Of a stretch of DNA of 64,000 bases, positions 34,530 to 42,722 are shown one piece after another. The translations under genes and the position numbers were made by a program. The notes below the pieces were generated by a model, which saw only the letters and a list, made by a program, of their open reading frames with translations, did not search any database and was not told where the DNA came from. The stretch lies in NCBI GenBank assembly GCA_035654115.1, contig DASRXQ010000029.1:29187-93186 (forward strand), given 5' to 3'. How positions within the stretch are numbered: position 1 is the stretch's first letter; each line of letters opens with the position of its first letter. Source of the DNA: Saprospiraceae bacterium (GTDB taxonomy: Bacteria > Bacteroidota > Bacteroidia > Chitinophagales > Saprospiraceae).

Positions 34530-35105
34530 ATGATTGCTATTGATGATGTCCTGTTAAGTGATGAAGTGGTGACAGCCAAATTTGTCTGTGATCTTGACGC
34601 CTGTCATGGAGCCTGTTGCTGGGAAGGAGAGTGGGGAGCTCCGCTTTTAGAAGAAGAGCTTGCTATCATTGAATCCGTTTGGGAGAAAGTTGCTCCCTTA
34701 TTGAGTGAAGAAAGCCGGAAAGCCGTGGCAAAGAAAGGATTCGGGACACACTATGGGGATGAAGGAGAAGTCCTGGGCACTCCGTTGATCAAAAACGGAG
34801 CCTGTGCATATCTTATCTGGGACGGAAAAGGCATCGGGAAATGTGCGTTTGAGCAGGCATATGAAAAAGGAATGATCGATTGGCCAAAACCGATTTCATG
34901 CCACTTATATCCGATCAGGGTGAAATATCTGAAAAATGGAACAGAAGCCTGGAATTACAACAAATGGAAGATATGTGCTCCCGCCTGCAAGAATGGAAAG
35001 AAACATGATGTGCCACTTTATAAATTCTTGAAAGGTGCAATTGTTCGTGCTAAGGGTGAAGCGTTTTATGAAATGCTTGATGCTTGTGCACAGGGAGTTG
35101 AGTAG
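34530..35105 (+). CDS. DUF3109 family Cys-rich protein
   Basis: The N-terminus IDDVLLSDEVVTAKFVCDLDACHGACCWEGEWGAPL is typical of DUF3109. Confidence 0.7.
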   Translation: MIAIDDVLLSDEVVTAKFVCDLDACHGACCWEGEWGAPLLEEELAIIESVWEKVAPLLSEESRKAVAKKGFGTHYGDEGEVLGTPLIKNGACAYLIWDGKGIGKCAFEQAYEKGMIDWPKPISCHLYPIRVKYLKNGTEAWNYNKWKICAPACKNGKKHDVPLYKFLKGAIVRAKGEAFYEMLDACAQGVE

Positions 35106-35174
35106 TGAGCCGTGAGCTGTGAGTAGTAAGAAGTAAGAAGTAAGAAGTGAGCCGTGAGTAGTGAGTAGTGAGCA
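35105..35174. repeat. 7-nt-period array, 10 exact-phase units GTRAGNN, starting at the G of the TAG stop
   Basis: Reads gtgagcc gtgagct gtgagta gtaagaa gtaagaa gtaagaa gtgagcc gtgagta gtgagta gtgagca. Confidence 0.92.
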
Positions 35175-35280
35175 AAAAACTAAACTCTCTAAACTTATGA
35201 TGCCGAAGGCAACATATTTAAACTCACTAAACACTCTCTCTTGGACAAGCTTTCAAAATAAAATGATCACCGAATACTGA

Positions 35281-36948
35281 TTACTCTTTTATTTCTCTCA
35301 ATTCCCGGCGCAGGATCTTTCCCACATTCGATTTCGGCAATGAATCCCTGAATTCTATTTCTTTGGGCATCTTATACGCCGTCAGGTTTTCTTTACAATA
35401 TTCAAGCAATTCGTTTTTGGATAGGCTTTTATCTTTTTTCACCACGAATAATTTCAATACTTCCCCACTCTTCTCATTGGGAATACCTACAGCTGCACAT
35501 TCCTTGATCTTTGGATGCGCACATACTACTTCTTCAATTTCATTCGGGAATACTTTGAATCCGGATACAATGATCATGTCCTTTTTGCGATCCACGATGC
35601 TTAAAAATCCATCTTCATCCACAATACCGATATCACCTGTGCATAACCAACCATCACGAATTGTATTGGCAGTCTCAACAGGCTTGTTGTAATAACCCGC
35701 CATCACCTGCGGGCCTTTCACCTGCACCTCTCCACGCTGTCCTGTAAGCTGAACGATCCCATTGTCATCCACAATGCGAATATCCGTCGAAGGAACAGGC
35801 AATCCAACTGTGCCGATGCGCGCCGTACCATCAATCGGATTGACAGATACTACCGGTGACGCTTCCGTCATGCCATACCCTTCGATCAGGTCGCTGCCGG
35901 TCACAACTTTCCATCGATCATTCACTGATTTCTGAACAGCCATGGCACCACCCACAGCAAATTTAAACTGGCTGAAATCAAGAGCAGCAAATTCTTTTAC
36001 ATTGAGCATGGCATTGTAAAGTGAATTCACTCCTGTCATTACAGTGATCCGGTGATTCTTAAATTCCTTGATTACTGATTTGATGTCACGCGCATTCGTC
36101 ACCAAAACATTCATTGAACCATAAGACATCATTGCCAGGCAATTGACGATGAATGCAAAAATATGATACATCGGTAGAGGGCACAACGTGATTTCTTCAC
36201 CTTCCTTAAGCCTGGTATCAAGACAACCTTTGATCTGAAGCATATTAGCTACAATGTTACGGTTCGTCAGCATTGCTCCTTTTGCTACACCTGTCGTCCC
36301 ACCCGTATATTGGTGAGCAATTACCTTATCAGGTTCATCCTCGAAAGGTTTGATGGTAAAATTTTTACCCTGTGCAATAGCTTCTTTAAAGGTTACTGTG
36401 TTAGCGATTGAAAATTTCGGAACCATCCGTTTCACATTCCGGACTACAAAATTGACAATGCTTCCTTTGACAGGCCCGAGAAGTTCGCCGATGCTGGTCA
36501 GAATGACCGTTTCAACCTGGGTCTCCCCGATCACTTCCTGAAGATGGGATGCAAAATTTTCAACGATGATAATTCCGCGGACACCACTGTCTTTTAACTG
36601 GAACAGCAATTCGCGTGGTGTATAAAGCGGATTCGTATTGACTACTACAAGACCAGCCCTGATACAGCCGAATAATGCAATCGGGTATTGTAAGAGGTTA
36701 GGCATCATGATCGCCACCCTGTCACCCGGTTTCAGGCCTCGCGACTGAAGATATCCGGCAAGCTGCCTTGAAGCCCTGTCCATCTCTCCATAGGTGATAG
36801 TTTTACCCATGCAATAGAATGCAGTTTTGTCTGCAAACTTTTCCATCGCTTCGTTTAAAAAGCTATTGAGGTTTGGATATTGGTCTACATCAATATTGGC
36901 AGGAAGACCTTTAGGATAATGCTTTAGCCAGGGGCGCGAATCAGTCAT
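35281..36948 (-). CDS. fadD: Long-chain fatty acid-CoA ligase (AMP-binding family)
   Basis: 555 aa with the AMP-binding motif YTGGTTGVAKGAMLTNRN, plus GYGMTE and GWLCTGDIG. Confidence 0.88.
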   Translation of the reverse strand: MTDSRPWLKHYPKGLPANIDVDQYPNLNSFLNEAMEKFADKTAFYCMGKTITYGEMDRASRQLAGYLQSRGLKPGDRVAIMMPNLLQYPIALFGCIRAGLVVVNTNPLYTPRELLFQLKDSGVRGIIIVENFASHLQEVIGETQVETVILTSIGELLGPVKGSIVNFVVRNVKRMVPKFSIANTVTFKEAIAQGKNFTIKPFEDEPDKVIAHQYTGGTTGVAKGAMLTNRNIVANMLQIKGCLDTRLKEGEEITLCPLPMYHIFAFIVNCLAMMSYGSMNVLVTNARDIKSVIKEFKNHRITVMTGVNSLYNAMLNVKEFAALDFSQFKFAVGGAMAVQKSVNDRWKVVTGSDLIEGYGMTEASPVVSVNPIDGTARIGTVGLPVPSTDIRIVDDNGIVQLTGQRGEVQVKGPQVMAGYYNKPVETANTIRDGWLCTGDIGIVDEDGFLSIVDRKKDMIIVSGFKVFPNEIEEVVCAHPKIKECAAVGIPNEKSGEVLKLFVVKKDKSLSKNELLEYCKENLTAYKMPKEIEFRDSLPKSNVGKILRRELREIKE

Positions 36949-37040
36949 AAGTGCATCAGGATTGAGTGATGATGCAAGATAAAACTCTTTACATAAGCGT
37001 TATCGAATAATCAGATAGCGGATTCCGGGATATTTCATTT

Positions 37041-37082
37041 AAAAAAAAAGGACCTGTCTCTTTATGCTAAAGAAACAGGCCC
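37041..37082 (-). terminator. Orphan minus-strand rho-independent terminator
   Basis: The minus strand reads gggcctgtttcttt agcat aaagagacaggtcc followed by T9. It lies about 270 nt downstream of the response-regulator stop and after that operon's own terminator. Confidence 0.6.
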
Positions 37083-37269
37083 TGGGTCAATTATGGGGTA
37101 TTGGGCAATGATTAAAAGGGGTATATGTAATCTACTTTTTAAACTAAATCTAATCTTGATTCAATATTCAAAAACTCCAGCCATAAAAGTAGAAAGACTT
37201 ACAAATAAATTGTTTTAGGTGGAAAACATCATTTTATGGGGGTTTCCCCTAGATGGGACATAAAAATGG

Positions 37270-37332
37270 AAAATGTTGAAGAAAAAGTTATCCTTAGTTT
37301 GAAACTAAGGATAACTTTTTCTTCAACATTTT
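37270..37332. terminator. Very long perfect palindrome (31-nt arms) terminating the two-component operon
   Basis: aaaatgttgaagaaaaagttatccttagttt g aaactaaggataactttttcttcaacatttt, 18 nt downstream of the stop at 37351. It shares the TAGTTTGAAACTA core with 7709-7742. Confidence 0.75.
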
Positions 37333-37350
37333 ATTTAGACCCGTCTTACT

Positions 37351-37983
37351 TTATAGGTTATCCTTATTCTCCATCGCCCATTTAAAAAGACTGTTATGCC
37401 TTCCATCCAGGTTGAGCTTCCTGCAGATATTACTCCGATGATTCTCAATGGTTTTATTTGAGACAAACAGGAGCTCTGCGATTCCCTGGCTACTCATCCC
37501 TTTGCTGATCAGCACTACGATTTTCTTTTCAGTATCTGTAAGAGAATCCGTAGGACTGGCAATATTCGCTTTTAATAACTCCTGGATCGCATGTGAAATA
37601 TATTGCTTCCCATGCCTGACGTACTCAAGGCATTCAGTGATTTCTACAGAAGAATCTTCTTTCAACAGATAACCCATCACACCCAGCTCCAGCGCTTTCT
37701 TTGCCATCGCTATCTCTTTATGGAAAGTGAGGATGATAAACCGTGTTTCAAGCCTGGATTGCTTCGCAGATTTGATCACTTCGAGACCGTCCATTAGGGG
37801 CATGTCAACATCAAGAATAGCGATATCCGGTTTGAATACATTGATGAAATGAAGTGCCTCAGCTCCATTTTGTGCCGTTTTCACAATCTCAACGAATGGG
37901 ATCTTTGCAAGGAGGCCGGTGATGGCCTGCAGCATTAAGGGATGGTCATCGGCAACTAATACCGTAGTTTGCTTTGTACTCAT
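37351..37983 (-). CDS. Response regulator, NarL/LuxR family
   Basis: It has a REC domain (VLVADDHPLM...ILDVDMP) and a LuxR HTH (LTDTEKKIVVLISKGMSSQGIAELLFVSNKTIENHR). Confidence 0.9.
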   Translation of the reverse strand: MSTKQTTVLVADDHPLMLQAITGLLAKIPFVEIVKTAQNGAEALHFINVFKPDIAILDVDMPLMDGLEVIKSAKQSRLETRFIILTFHKEIAMAKKALELGVMGYLLKEDSSVEITECLEYVRHGKQYISHAIQELLKANIASPTDSLTDTEKKIVVLISKGMSSQGIAELLFVSNKTIENHRSNICRKLNLDGRHNSLFKWAMENKDNL

Positions 37984-39824
37984 ACAGCCGGGAATGAAAA
38001 TGAAAATCGCGATCCTTTGCCCTCAGCAGACTCGATCTCGAGTTTTCCTTTTAGTGATTGTATTCTGTCCTTCATCGTCATCAGGCCAAGACTCTTAGTA
38101 TTATTCATCTGCGCTTTCGTATCAAAACCACTTCCATTGTCCTGCACGGTCAACTGCATATCATCCCCGGTACGATGCAATGTGATACGTGCAGAACGTG
38201 CCCGCGAATGTTTGATAAGGTTGTTGAGACATTCCTGGACGATCCGGTATACCTGCAAAGAACGATCCCTGTCTGCAAATTCATTCAATGGATCCAGCTC
38301 ATAGGTAAGAAGAATATCTGTCAGTGACTCAGTTGTTGTGATCAGATCTTTGAGTGCGGCATCAAGCCCGAGCTTTTCAATCTGCCATGGATATAATTCC
38401 CGGGATACGCGCCGGATGTCGGATAATACTTCCTGCGTGAGCTGTTTGGATTTGTTGATGTCACCGGTCATAAGCGACTGGTTTAATAACACCAGGTTTT
38501 GACCGACATGATCATGCAATTCCCGTGACAGTCCTTTCCGTTCATCTTCCCGTGAAAAAAGGATTCCCGCTGTGTATTCTTCGCGTCTTCTTTTTTCTCT
38601 CTGCATTTCTCTCACGGATCTGTTCAAATATAGAGCCAGAAAAAAGAGCAACACCCCTAAGGAAATAAATATAAAACGAGTCTGTGTCAATTTCTTATTC
38701 CTGTCCATGATTTCAATATCTGAGGAAAGTTTCTGGAGCTCGAGATCCTTTTGTGCGGTTTTATATTTCGTTTCTATTTCCGTGATCCTTGCCATGTGAT
38801 CAGCATCGAAAATACTGTCTTTGTATACGATATACATTTCATGTTGTGCCAAAGCTTCCGCCATGTTGCCACTGGCTTTAGCATTCTGGTATAAGATTTC
38901 ATGACCATATTTTATATCCTCTATAAAATTTTCCTTTGTGGCCATATCCACTACTCTATTGCCATATTCCTCAGCAAGCTTAAATCGTTTTGTGGCAATG
39001 TAAACTTCTGCAAGGTGATAATAGATTTTGACCAGGGATTCCGGTACATATTGTTCCTCCGCCAGTTTCACTGCCCTTACTAAGTTCTCTTCTGCTTTTC
39101 CATATTCCTTCATCATGAAATAGGTGGCGCCCATATTGGAAGCTGCGCGTTGTACATCAATCATGTTATTTAGCTTTTCAGCAATATCGAGTGAGTGTTT
39201 AATATAGATGATGGCGCTGTCATATTGTTTCTTTTCCCGGTAATAACTGCTGAGGCCGTTGTATAAATAAAAAAGACCAAGACTGTCTTTATGCAATGCA
39301 TATTTTACACCAATAAGGAATTCGTCACGGGCTTTTTGTCCCTGGCCAACGTCCGCGAATATGTTGCCGATATTGTTGTAAGATTTAATGATACCTGTAG
39401 TATCCTTCAATATTAATGCCTGCTCCCTGACTTTCACGAAATATTGGATCGCACTGTCAAACTGTGCGGCTTTCCAGTAATAAAGGCCATAGAGATTATT
39501 GATGGTTACTTCAGCCTTTTTGTCATTAACAATGGCATTGAGGCTATCACAAATCCTGATCCCGTCAATGAGCTCCTCATTTAACCCGAGGAACCTGAAT
39601 CCATCCATCCTCGTCAGCATGACCTGCAGCTGGAGAGAATCATTCGGATGGCTCTTCAATATCGTGAGGGCCTGGGAAGTATAAATCAGGTTACTGTCAG
39701 GATCAGATCGTTTGATTCTGTCTGCTTTGGCTTGCAATTGCTCTGCAGTCTGAGCGAAAGAGTTTTGAAAAATGAACAGGCTAAAGATCAGCATGAGATA
39801 ACGTAAATCGTACAAAGGTGTCAT
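37980..39824 (-). CDS. TPR-repeat sensor histidine kinase (HisKA_3 / HATPase_c)
   Basis: It has a signal, TPR repeats, one TM helix, the H-box LSRELHDHVGQNL and the G-box QDNGSGF. It shares a 4-nt overlap with the regulator gene. Confidence 0.88.
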   Translation of the reverse strand: MTPLYDLRYLMLIFSLFIFQNSFAQTAEQLQAKADRIKRSDPDSNLIYTSQALTILKSHPNDSLQLQVMLTRMDGFRFLGLNEELIDGIRICDSLNAIVNDKKAEVTINNLYGLYYWKAAQFDSAIQYFVKVREQALILKDTTGIIKSYNNIGNIFADVGQGQKARDEFLIGVKYALHKDSLGLFYLYNGLSSYYREKKQYDSAIIYIKHSLDIAEKLNNMIDVQRAASNMGATYFMMKEYGKAEENLVRAVKLAEEQYVPESLVKIYYHLAEVYIATKRFKLAEEYGNRVVDMATKENFIEDIKYGHEILYQNAKASGNMAEALAQHEMYIVYKDSIFDADHMARITEIETKYKTAQKDLELQKLSSDIEIMDRNKKLTQTRFIFISLGVLLFFLALYLNRSVREMQREKRRREEYTAGILFSREDERKGLSRELHDHVGQNLVLLNQSLMTGDINKSKQLTQEVLSDIRRVSRELYPWQIEKLGLDAALKDLITTTESLTDILLTYELDPLNEFADRDRSLQVYRIVQECLNNLIKHSRARSARITLHRTGDDMQLTVQDNGSGFDTKAQMNNTKSLGLMTMKDRIQSLKGKLEIESAEGKGSRFSFSFPAV

Positions 39825-39947
39825 CAGGTGATGATTAATGAATCAATGGAATAGTCCCGGTCAGCATATTCTGACCGTCTAAAAATATGACATTTCAACT
39901 CCTGTCTCTAAATCTAAATTATCCTCGGTGAAGTAGCGGAAATGTTT

Positions 39948-39955
39948 TAACTTTG
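39948..39955 (+). promoter_or_regulatory. -7 promoter box TAACTTTG for rpsA
   Basis: Matches TAnnTTTG, about 80 nt upstream of the ATG at 40037. Confidence 0.45.
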
Positions 39956-40036
39956 CGGTCCGAATTTATTAGATTCTTTAACCTCCATTCCTGATAATCA
40001 ACCATTTAGGAATGTACAAACAACCCAATCTCTGAG

Positions 40037-42589
40037 ATGTCAGAAGAAATAATCAATCCAGAGGAGTCCCAGGAGACTCCAACCCAGGAAACCCCTGAAG
40101 TTTCTACAGTCGATGTAGAAACCCCCGAAGCTCCTAAAAATGAGCCCAAAATCACCACCGGACCTGAAGTATCCACCGCACATGATGATTTCGATTGGTC
40201 AATCTCTAACCGCCACCAGCATGTCTATGCAAAAGACGAGTTCGAGCGACTGGAAGCCCTTTATGAAAAAACATTAGGCGCTGTCAATGAAAACGAAGTC
40301 ATCAAGGCTCGTGTATCCCAGATTACAGGTGGAGATGCAGTATTAGACATCAATTTCAAATCAGACGGCCTCGTGTCCGTTTCTGAATTTAAAGACATCG
40401 ATGGTTTTAAGATCGGTGATGAAGTAGATGTATATGTAGAACGCCAGGAAGATGAAAGAGGCCAGCTGGTACTCTCCCGTCGCAAAGCCAAATTGCTTAA
40501 AGCATGGGAACGTCTCGTGGACTCATTCAACAACGGTACGATCATCAACGGTACTGTCATCAGCAAAACGAAAGGCGGTCTTATCGTGGATGCAGGCGGT
40601 CTTGAAACTTTCCTTCCCGGATCACAGATCGATATCAAACAGATCATCGACTACGATCAGTTTGTCGGAAAGACAATGGAATTCAAAGTCGTCAAGATCA
40701 ATGAGAATATTAAAAATGCAGTTGTTTCGCATAAGGCACTGATCGAAAGCGATCTTGCCGAACAACGCGAAGCCATCATCTCCGGTCTTGAGAAAGGCCA
40801 GGTGCTTGAAGGTGTAGTGAAAAACATCACCGACTTCGGAGCCTTTATGGATCTGGGAGGTGTTGACGGTCTTCTGTATATCACAGATATCAGCTGGGGC
40901 CGTATCAACCATCCGTCTGAAGTGCTTGAGATCAATCAGAAGGTACACGTCGTGGTACTTGATTTTGATGAAAACAAGAAGAGAATATCTCTTGGTCTCA
41001 AACAACTGCAACCACATCCATGGGATGTCGTCAGTGACACAATCAAAGAAGGCAGCATCGTCAAAGGTAAGATTGTCAATGTCGAAGATTACGGAGCTTT
41101 CCTTGAGATCACTCCGGGCGTAGAAGGTTTGATACACGTTTCAGAAGTAAGCTGGAGCAATCAGCCAATTCACGCAAGGGATTACTTTACCGTAGGACAG
41201 GAATATGAAACAAAGGTGGTGACCATCGATCGCGAAGAGCGCAAGATGTCGTTGTCTCTGAAACAGCTTACACCTGATCCATGGGGAGAGATCGAGAAAA
41301 AATATCCTATCGGAAGCAAACATACAGGTCGTGTACAGAACCTCACGCCATATGGTGTATTCGTAGAGTTACAGGATGGAATAGGCGGAATGGTTCATAT
41401 CTCAGACTTATCATGGACAAAACGATTTGCACATCCTTCTGAATTTACGAAGGTGGGCGCTGATCTTCCGATCATGATCCTGGATATCGATCGTGAAAAC
41501 CGTAAGCTTTCATTAGGACATAAGCATGTGGAAGAAAATCCATGGGATACATTCGAGAATGTGTTCCCTGTAGGATCTTATCACGAAGCAACTGTAATGA
41601 AGCGTGATGATAAGGGTGCTATTGTACAATTGCCTTATGGTCTTGAAGCATTCGCTCCATCGCGTCATCTTCGCAAAGAAAATGGCAAGCTTGCTGAAGT
41701 GGACGAAACATTGACATTCAAAGTAATTGAATTCAATCGTGATGACAAACGCATCATGGTGTCACATCTCCGTTATCTTGAGGATATCCAGCGTGAAGCA
41801 GAGGAAGTCGTAAAAGATGATCGTCGCAAACAGGGACAGGAAATAAAACAAGCCGTCAAAGAGCAGCAAGGCAAATATGAGCCCACTACGCTTGGAGACA
41901 TGGCTATGTTTTCACAGTTGAAAGAACAACTCGCAGATGCAAAAGGTAAAAAAGCTGCAAAGGATGCTAAAGATGCTGAAGCTGTAGCTGAAGAAGCTGC
42001 TTCTAATGAATCTGCATCTGATGTTGCGGATGAAACCACATCCCAGGTTGCTGACACTAAACCTGTTGCGGTAGAAACCGCTCCTGGTGAAGACATGGGA
42101 GATACTTCTCTAGAGGAAGAAGTAGCTGTTGAAGCTTCAAAGGAAGCTGATGATGCTACCGAAGCATCAGAGCCTGAGAAAAAAGAAGTGAAAGCTCCAA
42201 AAGCTAAGGCTGCAAAAGAAGAAGTTGTTTCAGATGAGGAAACAACTGAAACACCTGCTGGTGAAGAATCAACTGAATCTCCTGCTGAAGAGGAAACCAA
42301 AGCACCAAAAGCTAAAGCGGCAAAAGCTAAAAGCGGTGGTGACGATCTCAAGATCATAGAAGGCATAGGTCCTAAGATCGAAGAGATACTTCATGGCGCA
42401 GGGATTGATAGCTATGCTACGCTTGCTTCAAAAACTGCTGATGAAATCCGGGAGATTCTTCTTGCCCAGGGTAGCCGCTTCAAAATGTTTGATCCTGCTA
42501 CGTGGCCTGAACAATCCGCTCTTGCAGCTGCAGGAAAGATGGATGAATTACAAACACTGAAAGATTCATTGCAGGGAGGAAAGAAATAA
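40037..42589 (+). CDS. rpsA: 30S ribosomal protein S1 with a C-terminal extension of about 250 aa (acidic/Ala-Lys low-complexity linker plus an HhH-like module)
   Basis: It has six S1/OB repeats (e.g. GKIVNVEDYGAFLEITPGVEGLIHVSE). These are followed by an A/E/K-rich region with a repeated APKAKAAK, and then DDLKIIEGIGPKIEEILHGAGIDSYATLA. Confidence 0.92.
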   Translation: MSEEIINPEESQETPTQETPEVSTVDVETPEAPKNEPKITTGPEVSTAHDDFDWSISNRHQHVYAKDEFERLEALYEKTLGAVNENEVIKARVSQITGGDAVLDINFKSDGLVSVSEFKDIDGFKIGDEVDVYVERQEDERGQLVLSRRKAKLLKAWERLVDSFNNGTIINGTVISKTKGGLIVDAGGLETFLPGSQIDIKQIIDYDQFVGKTMEFKVVKINENIKNAVVSHKALIESDLAEQREAIISGLEKGQVLEGVVKNITDFGAFMDLGGVDGLLYITDISWGRINHPSEVLEINQKVHVVVLDFDENKKRISLGLKQLQPHPWDVVSDTIKEGSIVKGKIVNVEDYGAFLEITPGVEGLIHVSEVSWSNQPIHARDYFTVGQEYETKVVTIDREERKMSLSLKQLTPDPWGEIEKKYPIGSKHTGRVQNLTPYGVFVELQDGIGGMVHISDLSWTKRFAHPSEFTKVGADLPIMILDIDRENRKLSLGHKHVEENPWDTFENVFPVGSYHEATVMKRDDKGAIVQLPYGLEAFAPSRHLRKENGKLAEVDETLTFKVIEFNRDDKRIMVSHLRYLEDIQREAEEVVKDDRRKQGQEIKQAVKEQQGKYEPTTLGDMAMFSQLKEQLADAKGKKAAKDAKDAEAVAEEAASNESASDVADETTSQVADTKPVAVETAPGEDMGDTSLEEEVAVEASKEADDATEASEPEKKEVKAPKAKAAKEEVVSDEETTETPAGEESTESPAEEETKAPKAKAAKAKSGGDDLKIIEGIGPKIEEILHGAGIDSYATLASKTADEIREILLAQGSRFKMFDPATWPEQSALAAAGKMDELQTLKDSLQGGKK

Positions 42590-42618
42590 TTTCTTCTTTG
42601 AAATGGAATGATAAAAAA

Positions 42619-42645
42619 ACGCTCTGCATATGCAGGGCGTTTTTT
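42619..42645 (+). terminator. rho-independent terminator of rpsA
   Basis: acgctctgca ta tgcagggcgt followed by TTTTT. Confidence 0.8.
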
Positions 42646-42722
42646 ATTTTAATTACGCAGCAATAATGGTAATATTACTTTATTCTAATTTACAGGAATC
42701 ATTCGATACACTTGTTTGACGT

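Noticed and set aside
34905-35234. 109-aa minus-strand ORF (…LLTTHGSLLTSYFLLLTAHGSLL…)
   Set aside because: It is a translation of the GTRAGNN heptamer array and of the antisense of the DUF3109 3' end.
41773-42366. 197-aa Ser/Ala-rich ORF antisense to rpsA, and the 40622-41137 antisense ORF
   Set aside because: The first is the mirror image of the Ala/Glu/Lys low-complexity region of S1, and the second lies inside the well-supported S1 domains. This is typical spurious antisense openness.
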